Shown here piece by piece: positions 26,812 to 32,000 of a stretch of 32,000 nt of DNA. A program made the translations under genes and the position numbers. This DNA comes from an uncultured Candidatus Saccharibacteria bacterium (GTDB taxonomy: Bacteria; Patescibacteriota; Minisyncoccia; UBA6257; UBA11618). The DNA lies in assembly GCA_964432405.1 (NCBI GenBank), contig CAYSNH010000001.1, forward strand, positions 90,001 to 122,000, given 5' to 3'. Positions within the stretch are counted from its first letter, which is position 1; each line of letters starts with the position of its first letter. Under the pieces are notes generated by a model that worked only from the letters and a program-made list of their open reading frames with translations, made no database searches and was not told the DNA's origin.

Positions 26812-27795
26812 ATGAAACCCAATCTACTTTCAGGAATTCAACCTACCGGACGACTTCACTTAGGAAATTATTTAGGGGCTCTTGATAACTTTGTAAAGCT
26901 TCAAAACTCTGGCCGCTACAACTGCCTTTTTTTTATTGCCGATCTGCACTCGCTAACTGAAGATTTCAAACCCAAAGACAAGACCAAGCAGATTATTAAT
27001 TTAATGGCTGATTATCTAGCTGCCGGTCTTAACCCAAAAAAATCTACCATCTTCATTCAGTCACAAATACCAGCAAACTCAGAACTTGCTTGGATTTTAA
27101 ATACTATTACTCCTTTTGGTGAATTAAGTCGGATGACTCAATTTAAAGATAAGTCAAAAGACCAGTCTTCTAATATTAACGTTGGTCTTTTCTCCTACCC
27201 TATTCTTATGACTGCGGATGTAATTCTCTACGATGCTCACTTTGTTCCAGTGGGAGAAGACCAGATTCAACATCTAGAACTATCAAGAATCTTAACTAGA
27301 AAGTTTAATAAAAAGTTTGGTAAGACATTTATAGAACCTCAACCCCTACTCACTGAAGTACCTCGTCTCATGAGCTTAAATAATCCTCATAACAAGATGT
27401 CTAAATCAAGACCTCAGGAATGTATTTTTGTTGATGACTCTCCAGCTATCATTAAGAAAAAAGTCATGACCGCCACTACCGATTCTGGAAAAGAAATTAA
27501 ATACGATCTTAAAAAGAAGGCTGGTGTCAGCAACCTTATAACCATTTACGCCTCTCTTTCGGGCAAAAGCATAAAGGGAGTCGAGAAAGAATTTAAAGAA
27601 GAGAATTATGCTAGTTTTAAAAAATCACTAGCCGATCTAATCAATCAGCACTTCTCTGATTATCGTAAAAAGAAAAAGCAACTCTTAGCTAATCCTGAAA
27701 AATTAAAAAAGATAGCGGCTCAAGGAGCCAAAAAGGTTAATAAGATAGCTAATTCTAAAATAACCAAGGTTAGAAATCGCTTAGGACTTCTTTAA
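26812..27795 (+). CDS. trpS: Tryptophan--tRNA ligase
   Basis: The motifs are GIQPTGRLHLGNYLGA (HIGH-type), GEDQIQHLELSR and KMSKS. Confidence 0.95.
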   Translation: MKPNLLSGIQPTGRLHLGNYLGALDNFVKLQNSGRYNCLFFIADLHSLTEDFKPKDKTKQIINLMADYLAAGLNPKKSTIFIQSQIPANSELAWILNTITPFGELSRMTQFKDKSKDQSSNINVGLFSYPILMTADVILYDAHFVPVGEDQIQHLELSRILTRKFNKKFGKTFIEPQPLLTEVPRLMSLNNPHNKMSKSRPQECIFVDDSPAIIKKKVMTATTDSGKEIKYDLKKKAGVSNLITIYASLSGKSIKGVEKEFKEENYASFKKSLADLINQHFSDYRKKKKQLLANPEKLKKIAAQGAKKVNKIANSKITKVRNRLGLL

Positions 27796-30700
27796 ACCCA
27801 ACCAAACTTCTTGATTACCTATTTTAGTAGAAAGGCCGGCCTCGGCCTTTTCTGATTTTTTAAAATAAATATCTGTCGCATTAATATCAACAGCAAACTG
27901 CTTGTCACTCTCAACAGCTGACTTCAACGCAGTTGGAACATTCAGAAAAAGACCGATTTTGTCATGAGGTCTTAAACCAGCATCCTGTCGTAATCCTTGA
28001 ACAGAACGCACCAAGTCTCTTACCCACCCTTCTTTTTGTAAGGCAGGAGTTATTTTAATATCAAGCATCAATTCCTCATCTAAACCATCATCCTTTTTAA
28101 TAGCCTTTACATTAATCTCATCAGCCAAAATAGCCAACAACTCCTTGTTCTTAATTTGAAGATCTTTCACCATTAAGCTAGCTAATGGCTGACGAACTTT
28201 AATACCCGCTGATGCTCTTTTTGCTAATGCCAAACTGGCTAACTGCCTAACCTCTGCCATCTCATCAATTAATTTTTCATCAATAAGTTTTTTATTAGCT
28301 TTTGGCCAATCCTCTAAATGAATTGATAAGCTCAAATCCAATCCTTTAATTTTTTTTCTAAAAGACTGATGTAATGCTTCAGCAAAAAATGGAGCAAAAG
28401 GAGCTACTAATTTATTAACCACCAAAATGGTCTCTTGAAGAATTGGTAAAGCCTCCGGTCTTTTACGAGATCGCCTAATATACCATCGAGACAAATCATC
28501 AATAAACGACTCCACCTCTTTTGCGGCATCTACCACCTGATAATTTTCTATATGATTAGTAACCTTGATGACCGTATCATTAAGACGAGCCTTAACCCAT
28601 TTATCTAATACACTCTCCTTACCATCACTAGCATGGTTCTTGTTATTATAAGTTTCGAGAAAAACATATGAGTTATATAACAACATTAAAGAACGTCTTA
28701 AAGCCTTACCAACATCATGCTCATCAAACTTTTTTACATCCCCTGGTTGATTAACTGTAAAGAAGTACCAGCGCAAAGCATCAACTCCATGCTTATTAAT
28801 TAAATCCCAAGGATCAACAACATTGCCTTTTGACTTAGACATCTTCTGACCCCTCTTATCTAAAATCAATCCCAAAGAAATAACATTTTTGTAACAAAGC
28901 TTCTTATCCAATAATGTAGCTATGGCTAATAATGTATAAAACCAACCTCGAGTCTGGTCCATAGCCTCGCAAATATAATCAGCCGGAAACTGACCTCCTT
29001 TATTAATCAATTCTTTATTTTCAAAAGGATAATGCCATTGAGCAAAAGGCATTGACCCAGAATCAAACCAAACATCCGCCACCTCACTAACTCTCTTCAT
29101 CTTTCCATCACACTTTGAACACTGCAAAATAATATTATCAATATAAGGCCGATGAAGATCTAGCTCTCCTTTATCATCAAGAGGCCAATTATTAGCTCTA
29201 ACCTGAACCTTGCCAGCAGTCTCCAAAGACCCCTTATCTAAAGCCTCCTCATCAGACCAACCCTCTAAAGAGCTTTGCAACATCCACAAAGGATCGCCAT
29301 GACTAATAATGATAATGTTTTTATTCTTATGTTTTTTATTAGACTTTTGAAAAAAATCTAACATTCTCTTCTTTACATCATTTAAATTCTCACCTTTATC
29401 AGGCGTTTTATTAAAATGCTCTAAAGAATCATCAAAGAACTTATGATAATCTTCGATCTTGCCACCATTAAAGACCCCGCTATTTAACTCCACTAATTGA
29501 TCATCGTAAACGACAGGCACTCCCACAGCCTCGCTAATAATATCAGCCACCTGCTTAGTTCTCTGATAAGGAGAGGCATAAATTACATCTATTTTTTTAG
29601 CTTTAAAAAACTTCGCTAACTTATTAGCCTCCTTGACCCCTTTTTCAGTTAGTTTAGATTTTTTATCCGCTCTCTTACCTGAAGAAATCCAACCCTCTTC
29701 ATTATGAGTCGCCTCTGGATGACGAACTAGCCAGAAATTGTTCTCATTATTCTTAGAGTGTTTATTTAAATCGTCTAAACCGCCAACCACTTGATAGTGA
29801 TCGCATTTCTGACACTCCCAAATAGGTAGCGGAGTTCCCCAGTAACGATCTCTAGAGATAGCCCAGTCCTTTGCTTCTTTAATCCAATTACCAAACCTTC
29901 CTTCTTTAATATGATCCGGCACCCAATTAATCTGCTCATTACTTTTTATTAACTCCTTCCTCAATCGACTCATTTCAAAGAACCAAGATTGACGAGCTAG
30001 ATACATTAAGGGTTGAGAACAACGCCAACAGAAAGGATATTCATGCTCAATAGTTGTTTGATGATATAAAAACCCTCTCTTTTGAAGATCCTCCTTAATA
30101 TCATCATCAGCTTGCTTAATAAACTTGCCAGCTCCCGGCAAGCCTTTTTTCATAATACCGTCTTCACTAACAGTTACTGGAATATCACCCTCTTCCATCT
30201 CTTCCTTCATTATATTCAAATCCTCCTCACCAAAAGCCGGCGCCATGTGAACTAGACCAGTACCATCCTCGGCAGAAACAAATTCAGCTCCCACTACCTT
30301 ATGAGGTCCTTTATTCTTATAAAGCGCCTCGTATTCTTTTCCTATCAAATCCTTACCCTTAACCTTATCTACAACCTCACTATCAACTTCTGGAGGAGCA
30401 TTAACAGACCACAGATAATCCTTACCTACTTTATATTTGTTGTATATAAGATCTGGCTGGACTGCTATTGCAACGTTAGCTGGCAAAGTCCAAGGCGTAG
30501 TAGTCCACACCAGCAAATACTCATTCTTAGCACCTTTAATTTTAAATTTTATATAAACAGAAGGGTCTTCGGTAAGCTTGTAAACTCCTGGCTGCCCCAT
30601 TTCATGACTAGAAAGAGGTGTCTGACAACGCATGCAAAAAGGAACTACCTTATAAAATTTCTTCAAATACCCCTTCTTATCAACTTGCTGAAAAATCCAC

Positions 30701-31173
30701 CAAAGAGTTTCTAAATATTTATTATCATAAGTAATGTAAGCTTGATCAAAGTCTAACCAAAAGCCAATTCTTTCAGTTAACTTCTCCCACTCATCTTTAT
30801 ACTTCCAAACAGACTCTTTAGCCTTCTTATTAAACTTATCAATTCCATAGTCCTCAATCGCCTGTCTATTTTTTAAGCCTAATTTTTTTTCTACCTCAAT
30901 CTCCACCGGTAAGCCTTGTGTATCCCAACCAGCTCGTCGAGAAATATAATAGCCTTGCATCGTTTTATAACGCAAAACCACATCCTTAAAAACACGTGCT
31001 AACACGTGATGAGTACCAGGTCGCCCATTAGCAGTCGGTGGGCCCTCATAAAAAACAAAGCTTTTCTTTTTATCTCTTTCTAGACTTTTTTCAAAGATTT
31101 TATTTTTCTTCCAAAACTCAAGAACCTTCTCTTCAATTTCTGGCAAGTTAAATCTTTCAGAGCCTTTAAGCAT
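27781..31173 (-). CDS. ileS: Isoleucine--tRNA ligase (type 2) carrying an inserted histidine-phosphatase-superfamily domain
   Basis: The motifs are GPPTANGRPGTHH, editing-domain WTTTPWTLPAN and GTGLVHMAPAFGEED, then WAISRDRYWGTPLPIW, DVWFDSGSMP and KMSKSKGN. Residues about 480-660 form an extra domain with the motifs LVRHPEATHN / SPYQRTKQ / ELNSGVFNG / ISHGDP. Confidence 0.95.
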   Translation of the reverse strand: MLKGSERFNLPEIEEKVLEFWKKNKIFEKSLERDKKKSFVFYEGPPTANGRPGTHHVLARVFKDVVLRYKTMQGYYISRRAGWDTQGLPVEIEVEKKLGLKNRQAIEDYGIDKFNKKAKESVWKYKDEWEKLTERIGFWLDFDQAYITYDNKYLETLWWIFQQVDKKGYLKKFYKVVPFCMRCQTPLSSHEMGQPGVYKLTEDPSVYIKFKIKGAKNEYLLVWTTTPWTLPANVAIAVQPDLIYNKYKVGKDYLWSVNAPPEVDSEVVDKVKGKDLIGKEYEALYKNKGPHKVVGAEFVSAEDGTGLVHMAPAFGEEDLNIMKEEMEEGDIPVTVSEDGIMKKGLPGAGKFIKQADDDIKEDLQKRGFLYHQTTIEHEYPFCWRCSQPLMYLARQSWFFEMSRLRKELIKSNEQINWVPDHIKEGRFGNWIKEAKDWAISRDRYWGTPLPIWECQKCDHYQVVGGLDDLNKHSKNNENNFWLVRHPEATHNEEGWISSGKRADKKSKLTEKGVKEANKLAKFFKAKKIDVIYASPYQRTKQVADIISEAVGVPVVYDDQLVELNSGVFNGGKIEDYHKFFDDSLEHFNKTPDKGENLNDVKKRMLDFFQKSNKKHKNKNIIIISHGDPLWMLQSSLEGWSDEEALDKGSLETAGKVQVRANNWPLDDKGELDLHRPYIDNIILQCSKCDGKMKRVSEVADVWFDSGSMPFAQWHYPFENKELINKGGQFPADYICEAMDQTRGWFYTLLAIATLLDKKLCYKNVISLGLILDKRGQKMSKSKGNVVDPWDLINKHGVDALRWYFFTVNQPGDVKKFDEHDVGKALRRSLMLLYNSYVFLETYNNKNHASDGKESVLDKWVKARLNDTVIKVTNHIENYQVVDAAKEVESFIDDLSRWYIRRSRKRPEALPILQETILVVNKLVAPFAPFFAEALHQSFRKKIKGLDLSLSIHLEDWPKANKKLIDEKLIDEMAEVRQLASLALAKRASAGIKVRQPLASLMVKDLQIKNKELLAILADEINVKAIKKDDGLDEELMLDIKITPALQKEGWVRDLVRSVQGLRQDAGLRPHDKIGLFLNVPTALKSAVESDKQFAVDINATDIYFKKSEKAEAGLSTKIGNQEVWLGLKKS

Positions 31174-31196
31174 ATATTCAAAATAAAATAAAAGAG

Positions 31197-31859
31197 CTAA
31201 TCAGTCAAAAAATCTACACCCCAGGAACAAAAGCCGCACTCACTATGTGCTCGTGGCATTGGCCCTTGAATTAGCTCCGCTGCAGCTCGTACTACCCGAC
31301 GAGCTTTTTCAGAATCAGTAGCTACCTTCTTAACAACAACGTCAAACCTGGTCATCCCTCCCTCGCTAACTTCTTTAGAAATCCAATAGATAAGAAAAGC
31401 ATGACCAATATCAGGCATGTTATTTTCTTTAAGCATTAAGGCGTAACAATTCATCTGATTGAAATAATAATGCTCTCCACCCGGCTTTACATCATAACCT
31501 CGCGTCTTGTAATCAGCTGGTATATACAAGTCACCTTTGACCATCAAGTCATCTAAAGCGCCACTCAAAGTAGCCCCGCTCTCTGGATCGTTCCAAGTTA
31601 AACCAGTGCGCCAATTACGCCACCTATTCAAAGCCTCAACATCAGAAAACAACTCTGCCCCTTCAACCTCCCCCTCTATCTCCGGCGGCAACTTTCCTAC
31701 CGCTCGATATTTATCAAAATAAGTTTTAATTAAACCATCCATACCACCAGGCAAAGAAGGAAAAGGACCCATAGGTCGATGAACACCCATTTTCATTCGT
31801 AACCAAAAACATTTAGGACATTCGAGAAATAAATTTAAAGATGAGGGAGATAATCGCAT
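31197..31859 (-). CDS. PD-(D/E)XK nuclease superfamily protein (Cas4/RecB-like fold) with N- and C-terminal CxxC pairs
   Basis: The N-terminus has CPKC and the core reads GALDDL...IPADYKTRGY...QMNCYALML (D...D-x-K...Q-x3-Y). The C-terminus has CGFC. Its G+C content is visibly higher than its neighbours. It lies 23 nt upstream of ileS on the same strand. Confidence 0.7.
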   Translation of the reverse strand: MRLSPSSLNLFLECPKCFWLRMKMGVHRPMGPFPSLPGGMDGLIKTYFDKYRAVGKLPPEIEGEVEGAELFSDVEALNRWRNWRTGLTWNDPESGATLSGALDDLMVKGDLYIPADYKTRGYDVKPGGEHYYFNQMNCYALMLKENNMPDIGHAFLIYWISKEVSEGGMTRFDVVVKKVATDSEKARRVVRAAAELIQGPMPRAHSECGFCSWGVDFLTD

Positions 31860-31866
31860 GGCAGTA

Positions 31867-31896
31867 ATTATAACTTATGCCTCCACTTATTTCCAA
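31867..31896 (-). promoter_or_regulatory. Promoter TTGGAA-18-TATAAT, 7 nt upstream of the nuclease ATG
   Basis: The minus strand reads TTGGAA (31896..31891), an 18-nt spacer, TATAAT (31872..31867), then tactgcc and ATG (31859). Confidence 0.45.
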
Positions 31897-32000
31897 ATAA
31901 AAGGCTTGACTTTTAAATCTATATATACTATTTTAATGTGAATTGTTTAGCCTTAGTTCAAAGAACAAAGGTTGAGCAAAAGGTACTTTGTCAATTTCAG

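Noticed and set aside
28261-28295. Tandem KLIDEKLIDE repeat in IleRS
   Set aside because: The two copies use different synonymous codons, so this is not a recent slippage or duplication. It is trivial helical repeat content.
29194-29736. Possibility that the ileS insertion is an intein or a mobile insertion
   Set aside because: There is no Cys/Ser/Thr at the N-junction and no terminal His-Asn plus nucleophile at the C-junction. There are no endonuclease motifs and no flanking repeats. The sequence instead matches histidine-phosphatase motifs throughout.
1-32000. Alternative genetic code (UGA recoding, as in some CPR lineages), CRISPR arrays and large repeats
   Set aside because: All conserved genes are full length under the standard code in the supplied translations. 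I found no regularly spaced direct repeats and no long repeated segments by eye. A computational repeat scan would still be needed for certainty.
31906-32000. Possible + strand promoter (TTGACT-17-TATTTT, 31906..31934) and a gene or RNA starting near 31938, or a minus-strand gene ending at 31934 or 31953
   Set aside because: Several frames on both strands stay open to the window edge, and 60-90 nt is too little to discriminate. I left this uncalled.

Overview
This is an AT-rich, very gene-dense bacterial window. It holds 31 confident protein genes, one speculative 22-codon small ORF and 5 tRNAs, and intergenic gaps are mostly under 120 nt. The small genes, truncated housekeeping enzymes, the RNase Y plus RNase J pair and scarce Shine-Dalgarno sites fit a reduced-genome lineage such as CPR/Patescibacteria, but that placement is inference only. 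The content is almost all housekeeping. From left to right it encodes clpB (partial and missing from the ORF track), a cysteine desulfurase, a small secreted Gly/Tyr-rich protein, a DUF458/YkuK plus DEDD-exonuclease pair, ftsK, a RodZ-like protein and recA. Next come folD-glyA, an MFS/DedA/P-type ATPase/nucleotidyltransferase operon fed by a tRNA-Phe/tRNA-His pair, tRNA-Arg/Pro/Gly interleaved with two membrane-anchored hypotheticals, and an ECF sigma with a putative anti-sigma. The rest is hup, rny, gpmI, a short uvrC, a DUF360 protein, secG, an orphan family-5 solute-binding protein, rnj, trpS, ileS and a PD-(D/E)XK nuclease. I saw no CRISPR array, transposase, integrase or prophage gene. 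The most unusual item is ileS: a complete histidine-phosphatase (PGAM/CobC-like) domain of about 180 residues sits between the two CxxC pairs of a type-2 isoleucyl-tRNA synthetase. That gene also follows a Cys-rich PD-(D/E)XK nuclease on the same strand. Other points worth a second look are a recurring promoter-to-ATG spacing that predicts leaderless mRNAs, and a tRNA-punctuated operon with tRNA-His ending 4 nt before a start codon. There is also a G+C-rich cassette with a perfect consensus promoter for a secreted Q-rich/GY-rich protein, and a small SD-preceded ORF plus a palindrome between rny and gpmI. All homology statements come from motif recognition by eye, not from searches.
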